Source of the DNA: Lingula anatina
Lineage: Eukaryota > Animalia > Brachiopoda
Length of the DNA stretch: 64,000 nucleotides
Reading direction: 5' to 3'
Assembly (NCBI GenBank): GCA_051362555.1
Contig: CM120642.1
Coordinates: 21,886,001-21,950,000 of the forward strand
Shown: positions 38,301 through 50,300 of the stretch, one piece after another
Position numbering within the stretch: position 1 is the first letter of the stretch
How the letters are laid out: every line of letters begins with the position of its first letter
Position numbers and translations under genes: made by a program
Notes under the pieces: model-generated
Database searches by the model: none
What the model was told of the DNA's origin: nothing
What the model saw: the letters and a program-made list of their open reading frames with translations, nothing else

Positions 38301-40363
38301 CCCGGCTGTTAATAAGTCTCTCTCAAAAATGTTACCATACTATAATGTGTACTGCACAATGTGAAAGTTTGTGAATGCTTGAATGGAAGGCTTATTTATG
38401 AAGAGGACATTAATAAGTATGAAAATAATTATGCATTTTAGCTTGCAATATCTGTGTATGTCTTATTCATTACGTGTGACAGGTAATAATAAAGATGATT
38501 TGGCCAAATTCTAAACTTATGTAGCAAACTTTGTTTATTCTTGTATTTTTGCCAAATATAAATAAAAGATGTTTCAATATTTTAACTTTTATTTCATTTA
38601 TAATCTCTACCCAGTTAATACTACATTGATACTGCAGCTTATGCTTTTGCACATAACAATATGTTAAGTAATAATAATAGTTGGATGGTACATAATGTTA
38701 ATATACTAAAGGGCTAGTTTTTAGAAAAACATGTTAGACATTAAAATATATTCTAAAAAAATATTTTCAAGAATTGCACAAGAATTGAATCTTTGGATGT
38801 ATTTGGCAAAATTATAAAATTATTGAATAGTTGACAATGCCCAGAAAATAAAAGTCCTTGAGGCTCTCGCTGATCTCAGTCTTGTCACTTAAATACATGT
38901 ACATGGGCATTATAATATAAAACTGTTCACTTGGTTTTGGTAAAAGGTGGTGGATTATGTGGTCATCAATGCAAATTCTTTTGTAGCAGTCTTTTTACAC
39001 AACTTGTCACGCCAACATTGAAGTGATGCAGTATTGTAAGATTGGAGTGCTTCCTGGTATGAGTTTTCCAGATATAACTTGGCACTGTAATAGTAAAATT
39101 ACATAAAATGGTTATAAAAAAAAATGTATTGATATTATCATAACAGCACTATTCTTTAACAAAAATCAACAAATTAGAGGGCATGATCACTACATGATAA
39201 CCAGATTTTAATAAAGAAGCAAGTCTGATTATGGCAAAAAAATAATTAAATTTAAATAGCTATAGCTGTATTAAATCATAAAGGCCACAAGAAGAAATAA
39301 CATAATCACACATGGTTTCAAAGAACTGATGTAAAAAAATCACACTATTATTCCCCACTTGGAAATAGAATTTTGACTAGCTAATTTATAGTACTAAACC
39401 ATACCAAATGGCACTGTTCGCCCTCTAAAATACCAAAAATTTTAAGCGGGCCCAGAACCCCACGCCAACTAAAGGGGGAGGGGGGGGGGGGTCGGCTTTG
39501 CATCCGTGCCCCCCACCCCTTCAGATAATCCTGGATCCGCCCCTGTTACCTGCTGTACTGCTAAAATTATTAACATACCCAATCTCTCCACTCATGCTTG
39601 AAGGGGTGTATCACCCAGTTCCTCCTCTGAAAGGCTAAAAAATTCATTCCTTATAATCATATTCATTGACAATATTAAATTTACAAATAAGTTAAGTGTT
39701 GTACAAAGAACACCCTCTATCCCCACTACTCGAGTTACATTGTATATCTCATGGGATTCCCCTGCGGGAATATGGTGTGAGGTTAGTCTGCAAGTACTGG
39801 TAGATGACCACATTGGGCAGAAAAAGGGTATTCCTCCTGCTTTACAGAACCCTGCTTTACAGGGGCTAAGTGCACTACCTAACTTCATGTAACTAGTAGT
39901 ACGTACCCAGTGCGAGTGGTTTGGGGACTGCGAGTGCGTTACCCGAGGAAACGTTTATTAGCAGTTATCTACGCTTTTTAACTTTCACTATCAGACATTT
40001 TGATTTCCACTGCCACCTTCCTATTTTAAATCACTTATAGTGAATATAACTCGCTTACCTGCAAGGATTCTGTGAACAATTACTCTTCCTCTTCACGCCC
40101 ATGCTCACCTTTGAGTCAGACATGCTGTCTGCATTGTTTACATCTCGTATCTGAGTCGAGAAGCCGCGTTATTTCAAACTGTGTCAAGATGGCTGACGCC
40201 CGGGGTTTGAAAGGGGACGGTGAATATGATTCTTTTTTGCGATACTGATTAAGGCCATTTATCTGCCATTTTATGTTTTAAATATATCAATTGTTCTCAG
40301 ATAAGTTCAAAAAGAAGCAATCCATGCACTAAGAAAGCATTTCAGATCCTATTTTTTGTCCCT
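35384..40363. mobile_element. Degenerate Kolobok-like DNA transposon (~5 kb), TTAA TSD
   Basis: TTAA|AAGGACACAAAAGAGGAT at the left end. ATCCTATTTTTTGTCCCT|TTAA at the right (reverse complement AGGGACAAAAAATAGGAT). Purine-purine termini. Internal decayed plus-strand coding-like sequence (DPDDPTWD; ERLFLTFECSLQDIF; NLNLMASNVL) recalls the region preceding the Kolobok DDE domain. Confidence 0.7.
35570..36030 (-). mobile_element. Truncated HINE inside the Kolobok-like element
   Basis: About 2.5 core repeats, a GACGGC microsatellite and the GTACAGACACATCTGTGTCTGTACAT terminus. Confidence 0.85.
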
Positions 40364-40401
40364 TTAAGCCCCATGTTATATCACTTCAACACTCACTGTA
40401 C

Positions 40402-40658
40402 CTCTTTGTGTCCTCTGTAAATCCCGTCAGCATCTGAACAATTTTCTCAGCAGACGACTTCAGTGTATATTTTTCCAGTAGATTTTTGTCATCCTCTATG
40501 AATGCTTCCTTTAACGGACCAATTATTCTTCCATTCAATATAACTCCTCGGGCGCCTGGCTGAAAGCCCAGGACTTGGGTGCTGAAGGCTGAGTGGAACT
40601 GCAGGAAAGCTACCGTCTGTACGCCCAGGGCCTTAAGGTACACCTCCATTACCATACC
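40402..40658 (-). pseudogene. UGGT: UGGT exon (GMVMEVYLKALG...GVILNGRIIGPLKEAFIEDD...)
   Basis: cctag|GGT...AG|gtacag, open frame (ORF 40386-40655). NGRIIGPL matches UGGT. Confidence 0.92.
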
Positions 40659-41017
40659 CTAGGATAAGTTAGACACGATTCTTTATCTAATTAAAAAGAT
40701 ACCACACATAAATACTGCCATAACTTAATGTTTGTCAACTAAGACCAGTGAACTATGAAAAACCTTTATTTATAATGTTATGGTTATAAGGGCCACTTAT
40801 GTCTTCTAATTTTTTTCTGTAGTAATACTAGGCAGCAAAGCTGTCAAATGTACAGTTACATACATTAGTATGGCAACAAGCAGAACATAGACACAGGTAA
40901 TTAGCACATATGTACCAAACCCCATATGACCTTTAGTGAGTAATGGATGGTGGTAACAGTAACCATTCAAACAACCACATGAGAGAGAGAGAGAGAGAGA
41001 CAGGGAGAGATGCTTAC

Positions 41018-41223
41018 ACGAACTTCCAAGTCACTGAGTGACTTTGTCCCTTTCAGTATGGCATGTATGTTGTCCTCTTTCAGCAGCTAGGTTCAGGTGA
41101 CAAAGCTCCTGGCAGTGTGTGGGACCCGAGTTACCAGTACTGTGTGGATGGCCAGTGGAATATGGCTGCCTTCATGCAACTTGGTAATGGGACAATACCA
41201 ACTCTCAGGGTATGACTGTGCTT
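41018..41223 (-). pseudogene. UGGT: UGGT exon (KHSHTLRVGIV...IHTVL...ARSFVT*T*LLKEDN...LSDLEVR), frameshifted
   Basis: ttgtag|...CGT|gtaagc. Length 206 bp is not a multiple of 3 although both neighbours are phase 0. Contains ACC TGA ACC TAG. Confidence 0.8.
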
Positions 41224-42099
41224 CTACAAAGATACACAGAATGGCTGATTATTTGATTGATTTTAAATATCTGAAAAATAAGTCATTTGACTGACAGATG
41301 CTTCGAACAGAATTAATAAGAAAAACATAAAATATGTAGCTGTATTAGACTGTGTTCACATGAAAAATCTATTTTCTAAAATTCTATTTGCGGTAGGTTG
41401 TGATCACGGTCTGTGCCCTGAATACCCCACGACGTAATTATGGGCAGCGCGAGCCAGTTACTTCCAAAGCTGTAATTAATTTTCGGCGCTGCCGAGAATT
41501 GATCATAAAAGATACATAAAAGTAGAAATATGGTGACTACAAGCAAGTGAAATCAATGCTTAATGTTATCTTAGATACATAATAACATCAACACATTATA
41601 TACAATTATACATATCCATATACATATATCTTAATAAGTAAACCAGGTACTCCACCCTTTTGATATGGAAGAAGGGGAGGTGGGTGGGCTAATTACCTCT
41701 CATTTGAATTAGAAACTGCATAGAACTCTAATCAAATTTCAATGAATTTCATTTAATTTCTTTATTCTATTTCATTTCCACACAAATGAGGCCGTACAAA
41801 ATCCCCGTTTTAGGCGAGAACACATGCACACTCATAGCACATACATTTGCTGGTAATTATGAGAGCAATTATAGCTCAATTGAATAGTTCAACATACTTT
41901 TTCTAAGTATTTAAAACTGCTTCTGAAAATTCTTTGCCTTTAATTACTTCACCGTTATAATTTGCAATACTTGGTCTTTTTTTAAAGCAATCCAGCTGCT
42001 TTTAAAATGTTATCAATGCATTGAAATTCATGCTGTCTTTGTTGCAGTCACTGCTGTGGCTCAGGTTGAATGAAACCACACTATTTATCTACACTCCTT

Positions 42100-42450
42100 G
42101 CATTAGTGGGCTTGATTTGATCTTAAAGTGCAATTTAAGATGACAAATAGTCTTACGTAATCTTAAAACATGAGTAAAACCATTTCTAGTCTGACAGCCA
42201 ATTAAGTTGTCTGCCCTTACACATTCTCCTATTGTGAGCAGAGGTGTCCTCTATTGTGAGGGGAGGTATCCCCCATTGTGAGGGGATGAAACTGCTTGAC
42301 CACTTAAGTAGATATCAGATCATTTTTGACCTTAAAAGCAGATTCAGTCCATTTTAAGACTACTATTAAGATTAAGATCGTGTAAGATCACCTGTGAACT
42401 TAAATTGCACTTTAAGACCAATTCTAGCCCACTAATGAATTGGTACACCA
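42100..42450. mobile_element. ~350-bp MITE with ~40-bp TIRs
   Basis: CATTAGTGGGCTTGATTTGATCTTAAAGTGCAATTTAAG pairs with CTTAAATTGCACTTTAAGACCAATTCTAGCCCACTAATG. A second copy starts at ~63826 and runs off the window. Confidence 0.75.
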
Positions 42451-43212
42451 ATGTTCTAATCTGACAAGCTATTGTATCTCTTGAAACTGACAAAAAGGGC
42501 ATTCTGCTACCTATAAAAATTTATCCTGACCATTTGCATGATTTAATGATTTTGTTCTTTTTAAATATTCATTACAAAATGTCAACATACAATCTCCTAC
42601 CTACAATATAAATTGTACAGTTATTCCATCTACACCTGGTCTTGTTTGCTTTAGTTTCTTTAATCATAATTATTGTGAAGTTCAAACTCTAGGCACTTCA
42701 TTCAATGCAAAGCCTGTCCTCTTCATAAGTGACATGTAGCTTCAGTTGCAAGATCTTATAATGATGAGTATCTTGCTGACATATTTCCATTAAATAATTC
42801 ACAACAATTGATGCATCTGACTGTGTTGTGTTTGGATGTGCTAGGTGGAATGTCCTTTTGAAAACATTATAATAAAAGGGAAAGTTCCCCTGTTGTAGAC
42901 TAATATTGCACACCAGCAGTATTTATAAAACTATAACAAAAAATATCTTCATAAAGATCAGTTTGAAATCCTGTATATTTGCTGCACTAGGTCCATAAAA
43001 ATTAGTCTTCCTATCATGTGAAGACATTCTTCACTGATGCAGTGGGTCTGCCTTCTAAGAAACTTATCTAATTTGCTGTTTAATCTTGTTGCAAACACAC
43101 ACATTCCTAAACTGCCACAACACTAATTATTCCAGGCTCACTAAGTGGCAATGACGGCCACAGGCACTGACTGTATCTCAAGATACATTCCAGAACACTC
43201 TATGATATTTAC

Positions 43213-43306
43213 CAAATGTCTAACAGCACTGCAGAGGTGAGCTCTTCCAGCAGGTGAGGAAAGATTAGCCACCACCCAAATCGTAATAGGGTGCTGTCTG
43301 TCTCCT
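43213..43306 (-). pseudogene. UGGT: UGGT exon (GDRQHPITIWVVANLSSPAGRAHLCSAVRHL)
   Basis: ttttcag|...TTG|gtaaat. Resembles UGGT1 RPVTFWIVGDFDSPSGRQLLYDAIKH. Confidence 0.85.
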
Positions 43307-43570
43307 CTGAAAATTAAAAGAACAGAGTACATGAACAGTAGCAGTACAAACACAGTTTCCCTACCTTGACATTTCATATATACCATGCTAGCAGCTAGTG
43401 ATGTGGTCAGCTCTTTGTCGGTCATATCAGTATATATGCCGGCTTTGTTCACGTCAATCAAACCTGAAATTGTGCCATGTAAACATATTTCAAACAATCT
43501 TTGTAATATATACTGTACTTGTAACTGTACTGTATACTGTACTGAAGAAAATCAGTTCATTCTAGCAATT

Positions 43571-43767
43571 CGGGAAGTAGCCTTTGGTAGAGTACCTGAA
43601 ATAACTCATTAAAAACGTCATTAATAACATATTAAAGAAATAATAATTATATTCCATGTCAAGAGAAAGATTTGTAGAGTCTAACAATACCAAATTTATG
43701 AAAATCGGGCCAAAATTGGTCGAGTTATTAACAATTAAATAGGGACCCGTAAAACCGACTATTACCC
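43571..43767. mobile_element. 197-bp insertion in the left arm only, AATT (or CAATT) TSD, imperfect GGG(A/T)A(G/A)TAG TIR
   Basis: The right arm shows the empty site CTAGCAATTACCTCT. The left arm has CTAGCAATT-[insert]-AATTACCTCT. Confidence 0.8.
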
Positions 43768-44319
43768 AATTACCTCTATAGATCTATCACCGGACAGAAA
43801 TTCGACCACGAACTCATACAGAATCGCACAATCACGCAAAAAAGCAGAGCAATAGACTTGTGAAAATCATTCGCAAATAATAAACACGTATGCTATTTAC
43901 CATGATATTCAACATGCACTATCATCGTGTCGTCTGAGAATATTATGCACCGGAAACGCATCTGCGCAGACTCGGACTCCTTCTTGAGGAGAGTCGATGT
44001 AAACAAACAGTCGGGTAAACAGAAATCCCCCACCCCATTAATACTAGAAGCTCTAATTCCCATTGATTTGTCAAGGTCAACCCCCTCCTAGATTTTGAAA
44101 CAATTGGCCGCACTTACACCATTTATCTGCACCAATATATTGACACCGCCAACGGTCTGGCATTAAAGAATAAAGTATAAACTATGCCGCATACCGAAGA
44201 CAATACCGGTTCTTACTTATGAACCTGGACTAATCTCAACGCTTTACACTCACCGAAATTGATAGATGTGATTGGGGGGGGGGGGGGGGTAGGGGGGGTA
44301 GGGGGGGGGGAAGAAAACA

Positions 44320-47300
44320 GAACGCTCCCCCTCGGATTTGAACCCGGGGACTCTTGCACACCGGGGGGGCTACTCTACCAACTGAGCTAGCCAACCAAAG
44401 CTAACTCGACCACAAGGGATAACCGATCTTGACATCTTTAATTGACTGCCCTAGTGTGATAGTAGAGCTGGACCAATCGAGGCACTTTCGACACACTGCT
44501 TACCATGGTTCCAACAAATTCCAGCATTTTTAAATTACTTTCAAAGGACTAGAGCCGATTTTGATAGCTTGGACTTTCCGATTGTGGTAGTTGAGCTGGA
44601 CCAATCACTGAGCTGCTAAAAAAAGTCAACTCGAACCCGGGGTCTCTTGTACACCGTGCGGGTGCTCTACCAACTGAGCTACCCGGCCAGGACTAACCTC
44701 CAGCAGCCACCACAAGGGCTAAAGCCGATCTTGACTTTCCAAGTGTGGTAGTAGAGCTGGACCAATTGCGACCCTTTCAACACACTGCTTACCATGGTTC
44801 CGACAAATTCCATTATTTTTAAATGACTTTCAAAGGACTAGAGCCAATTTTCATAGCTAAAACTTTTCGATTGTGGTAGTTGCGCTGGACCAATCGCTGG
44901 GCTGCGTGAAAAGTCCAGGCTCCCCCTGGGATTCGAACCCGGGGACTCTTGCACACCGTGCGGGTGCTCTACCAACTGAGCTACACAGCCAAGGCCAACC
45001 CTGCATGTCACCACAAGGGCTAAAGGCGATCTTGACGTCATCGACATTCCGAGTGTGGTGGTAGAGCTGGACCAATCACAACGCTTTCGACACACCGCTT
45101 ACCATGGTTCCGACAAATCCCAGTATTTTTAAAGTACTTTCAAAGGACTAGAGCCGATTTTGATAGCTATGACTTTCTGATTGTGGTAGTTGAGCTAGAC
45201 CAATCGCTGGGCTGCGAGAAAAGTCCAGGCTCCCCCTGGGATTCGAACCCGAGGACTCTTGCACAAAGTGCTGGTGCTCTACCAACTGAGCTACCCAGCC
45301 AGGACCAACATCCAGCAGCCACCACAAGGGCTAAAGCCGGTCTTGACATCTTCGACTTTCCGAGTGTGGTAGTAGAGCTAGACCAATGGCAACGCTTTCG
45401 ACACACCGCTTACCATGGTTCCAACAAATTCCAGTATTTTTAAAGTACTTTCAAAGGACTAGAGCCGATTTTGATAGCTATGACTTTCTGATTGTGGTAG
45501 TTGAGCTAGACCAATCGCTGGGCTGTGAGAAAAGTCCGGCCCCCCTGGGATTCGAACCTGAGGACTCTTGCACAAAGTGCTGGTGCTCTACCAACTGAGC
45601 TACACAGCCAAGGCCAACCCTGCATGTCACCACAAGGGCTAAAGGCGATCTTGACGTCATCGACTTTCCGAGTGTGGTGGTAGAGCTGGACCAATCACAA
45701 CGCTTTCGACACACCGCTTACCATGGTTCCAACAAATTCCAGTATTTTTAAAGTACTTTCAAAGGACTTGAGCCGATTTTGATAGCTTGGACTTTTCGAT
45801 TGTGGTAGTTGAGCTGGACCAATCGCAACATTTTCGAAACACCGCTTACCATGGTTCCAACAAATTCCAGTATTTTTAAAGTACTTTCAAAGGACTAGAG
45901 CCGATTTTGATAGCTATGACTTTCTGATTGTGGTAGTTGAGCTAGACCAATCGCTGGGCTGCGAGAAAAGTCCAGGCTCCCCCTGGGATTCGAACCCGGG
46001 GAATCTTGCACAAAGTGCGGGTGCTCTACCAACTGAGCTACCCAGGCAAGGCCAACCTTACAAACTACCACAGCCACTAGAGCCGATCTTGATATCATCG
46101 CCCTTCAGAGTGTGGTAGTAGAGCTGGACCAATCGCGACGCATTCGACACACCGCTTACCATGGTTCCAACAAATTCCAGTATTTTTAAAGTACTTTCAA
46201 AGGACTAGAGCCGATTTTGATAGCTATGACTTTCTGATTGTGGTAGTTGAGCTAGACCAATCGCTGGGCTGTGAGAAAAGTCCAGGCTCCCCCTGGGATT
46301 CGAACCCGGGGACTCTTGCACAAAGTGCGGGTGCTCTACCAACTGAGCTACCCAGGCAAGGCCAACCCTGCATGTCACCACAAGGGCTAAAGCCGATCTT
46401 GACGTCATCGACTTTCCGAGTGTGGTGGTAGAGCTGGACCAATCACAACGCTTTCGACACACCGCTTACCATGGTTCCGACAAATTCCAGTATTTTTAAA
46501 GTACTTTCAAAGGACTTGAGCCGATTTTGATAGCTTGGACTTTTCGATTGTGGTAGTTGAGCTGGACCAATCGCAACGTTTTCGAAACACCGCTTACCAT
46601 GGTTCCAACAAATTCCAATATTTTTAAAGTACTTTCAAAGGACTAGAGCCGATTTTGATAGCTATAACTTTCTGATTGTGGTAGTTGAGCTAGACCAATC
46701 GCTGGGCTGTGAGAAAAGTCCAGGCTCCCCCTGGGATTCGAACCCGGGGACTCTTGCACAAAGTGCAGGTGCTCTACCAACTGAGCTACACAGCCAAGGC
46801 CAACCCTGCATGTCACCACAAGGGCTAAAGCCGATCTTGACGTCATCGACTTCCCAAGTGTGGTAGTAGAGCTGGACCAATCGCGACGCTTTCGACACAC
46901 CGCTTACCATGGTTCCAACAAATTCCAGTATTTTTAAAGTACTTTCAAAGGACTAGAGCCGATTTTGATAGCTATGACTTTCTGATTGTGGTAGTTGAGC
47001 TAGACCAATCGCTGGGCTGCGAGAAAAGTCCAGGCTCCCCCTGGGATTCGAACCCGAGGACTCTTGCACAAAGTGCGGGTGCTCTACCAACTGAGCTACA
47101 CAGCCAAGGCCAACCCTGCATGTCACCACAAGGGCTAAAGCCGATCTTGACGTCATCGACTTTCCGAGTGTGGTGGTAGAGGTGGACCAATCACAACACT
47201 TTCGACACACCGCTTACCATGGTTCCGACAAATTCCAGTATTTTTAAAGTACTTTCAAAGGACTTGAGCCGATTTTGATAGCTTGGACTTTTCGATTGTG

Positions 47301-50300
47301 GTAGTTGAGCTGGACCAATCGCAACGTTTTCGAAACACCGCTTACCATGATTCCAACAAATTCCAATATTTTTAAAGTACTTTCAAAGGACTAGAGCCGA
47401 TTTTGATAGCTATGACTTTCTGATTGTGGTAGTTGAGCTAGACCAATCGCTGGGCTGTGAGAAAAGTCCAGGCTCCCCCTGGGATTCGAACCCGGGGACT
47501 CTTGCACAAAGTGCAGGTGCTCTACCAACTGAGCTACACAGCCAAGGCCAACCCTGCACCACAAGGGCTAAAGCCGATCTTGACGTCATTGACTTTCCGA
47601 GTGTGGTAGTAGAGCTGGACCAATCGCGACGCTTTCGACACACCGCTTACCATGGTTCCAACAAATTCCAGTATTTTTAAAGTACTTTCAAAGGACTAGA
47701 ACCGATTTTGATAGCTATGACTTTCTGATTGTGGTAGTTGAGCTAGACCAATCGCTGGGCTGCGAGAAAAGTCCAGGCTCCCCCTGGGATTCGAACCCGA
47801 GGACTCTTGCACAAAGTGCGGGTGCTCTACCAACTGAGCTACACAGCCAAGGCCAACCCTGCATGTCACCACAAGGGCTAAAGCCGATCTTGACGTCATC
47901 GACTTTCCGAGTGTGGTGGTAGAGCTGGACCAATCACAACGCATTCGACACACCGCTTACCATGGTTCCAACAAATTCCAGTATTTTTAAAGTACTTTCA
48001 AAGGACTAGAGCCAATTTTGATAGCTATGACTTTCTGATTGTGGTAGTTGAGCTAGACCAATCGCTGGGCTGTGAGAAAAGTCCAGGCTCCCCCTGGGAT
48101 TCGAACCCGGGGACTCTTGCACAAAGTGCGGGTGCTCTACCAACTGAGCTACCCAGGCAAGGCCAACCCTGCATGTCACCACAAGGGCTAAAGCCGATCT
48201 TGACGTCATCGACTTTCCGAGTGTGGTGGTAGAGCTGGACCAATCACAACACTTTCGACACACCGCTTACCATGGTTCCGACAAATTCCAGTATTTTTAA
48301 AGTACTTTCAAAGGACTTGAGCCGATTTTGATAGCTTGGACTTTTCGATTGTGGTAGTTGAGCTGGACCAATCGCAACGTTTTCGAAACACCGCTTACCA
48401 TGGTTCCAACAAATTCCAATATTTTTAAAGTACTTTCAAAGGACTAGAGCCGATTTTGATAGCTATAACTTTCTGATTGTGGTAGTTGAGCTAGCCCAAT
48501 CGCTGGGCTGTGAGAAAAGTCCAGGCTCCCCCTGGGATTCGAACCCGGGGACTCTTGCACAAAGTGCAGGTGCTCTACCAACTGAGCTACACAGCCAAGG
48601 CCAACCCTGCATGTCACCACAAGGGCTAAAGCCGATCTTGACGTCATCGACTTCCCAAGTGTGGTAGTAGAGCTGGACCAATCGCGACGCTTTCGACACA
48701 CCGCTTACCATGGTTCCAACAAATTCCAGTATTTTTAAAGTACTTTCAAAGGACTAGAGCCGATTTTGATAGCTATGACTTTCTGATTGTGGTAGTTGAG
48801 CTAGACCAATCGCTGGGCTGCGAGAAAAGTCCAGGCTCCCCCTGGGATTCGAACCCGAGGACTCTTGCACAAAGTGCGGGTGCTCTACCAACTGAGCTAC
48901 ACAGCCAAGGCCAACCCTGCATGTCACCACAAGGGCTAAAGCCGATCTTGACGTCATCGACTTTCCGAGTGTGGTGGTAGAGCTGGACCAATCACAACGC
49001 TTTCGACACACCGCTTACCATGGTTCCAACAAATTCCAGTATTTTTAAAGTACTTTCAAAGGACTAGAGCCGATTTTGATAGCTATGACTTTCTGATTGT
49101 GGTAGTTGAGCTAAACCAATCGCTGGGCTGTGAGAAAAGTCCAGGCTCCCCCTGGGATTCGAACCCGGGGACTCTTGCACAAAGTGCGGGTGCTCTACCA
49201 ACTGAGCTACCCAGGCAAGGCCAACCCTGCATGTCACCACAAGGGCTAAAGCCGATCTTGACGTCATCGACTTTCCGAGTGTGGTGGTAGAGCTGGACCA
49301 ATCAAAACGCTTTCGACACACCGCTTACCATGGTTCCAACAAATTCCAGTATTTTTAAAGTACTTTCAAAGGACTAGAGCCGATTTTGATAGCTATGACT
49401 TTCTGATTGTGGTAGTTGAGCTAGACCAATCGCTGGGCTGTGAGAAAAGTCCAGGCTCCCCCTGGGATTCGAACCCGGGGACTCTTGCACAAAGTGCGGG
49501 TGCTCTACCAACTGAGCTACCCAGGCAAGGCCAACCCTGCATGTCACCACAAGGGCTAAAGCCGATCTTGACGTCATCGACTTTCCGAGTGTGGTGGTAG
49601 AGCTGGACCAATCACAACGCTTTCGACACACCGCTTACCATGGTTCCGACAAATTCCAGTATTTTTAAAGTACTTTCAAAGGACTTGAGCCGATTTTGAT
49701 AGCTTGGACTTTTCGATTGTGGTAGTTGAGCTGGACCAATCGCAACGTTTTCGAAACACCGCTTACCATGGTTCCAACAAATTCCAATATTTTTAAAGTA
49801 CTTTCAAAGGACTAGAGCCGATTTTGATAGCTATGACTTTCTGATTGTGGTAGTTGAGCTAGACCAATCGCTGGGCTGTGAGAAAAGTCCAGGCTCCCCC
49901 TGGGATTCGAACCCGGGGACTCTTGCACAAAGTGCGGGTGCTCTACCAACTGAGCTACACAGCCAAGGCCAACCCTGCATGTCACCACAAGGGCTAAAGC
50001 CGATCTTGACGTCATCGACTTCCCAAGTGTGGTGGTAGAGCTGGACCAATCACAACGCTTTCGACACACCGCTTACCATGGTTCCAACAAATTCCAGTAT
50101 TTTTAAAGTACTTTCAAAGGACTAGAGCCGATTTTGATAGCTATGACTTTCTGATTGTGGTAGTTGAGCTAGACCAATCGCTGGGCTGTGAGAAAAGTCC
50201 AGGCTCCCCCTGGGATTCGAACCCGAGGACTCTTGCACAAAGTGCGGGTGCTCTACCAACTGAGCTACCCAGGCAAGGCCAACCTTGCAAACTACCACAG

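Larger units (their letters stand above)
18066..43306 (-). pseudogene. UGGT: Unprocessed pseudogene of UDP-glucose:glycoprotein glucosyltransferase (C-terminal half, 12 recognisable exons)
   Basis: Minus-strand exons with mostly canonical GT-AG ends, colinear with remembered UGGT1 motifs: PITIWVV, NGRIIGPL, VDPVSQETQK, FMNCREKLSEMPLK, GHC...RGLQFVLGT...DTFFMANL, GYFQLKAKPGAW, SKIIKVK, CNNPQTK.PKL...EWEEYD, terminal RDEL*. Several stops and frameshifts, one AG>AT acceptor, and missing exon blocks. Confidence 0.93.

Noticed and set aside
38870-39085. Possible LINE 3' remnant on minus strand (SYQEALQSY...DKLCKK...DHIIHHLLPK)
   Set aside because: Short, frameshifted and only loosely reminiscent of LINE C-termini.
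39400-39544. hAT-type MITE end (CTGGATCCGCCCCTG); similar lone end CAGGCCCATAGCC at ~63433
   Set aside because: No partner terminus or 8-bp TSD found, so boundaries cannot be called.
43930-44020. Promoter-like motifs (TGCGCA, GTAAACAAACA) in the foldback terminus
   Set aside because: Short motifs expected by chance, with no linked transcript evidence.
46722-46795. Functional tRNA-Lys(TTT) or tRNA-Thr genes
   Set aside because: No U33, mismatched anticodon and acceptor stems, and the anticodon-position triplet varies among copies.
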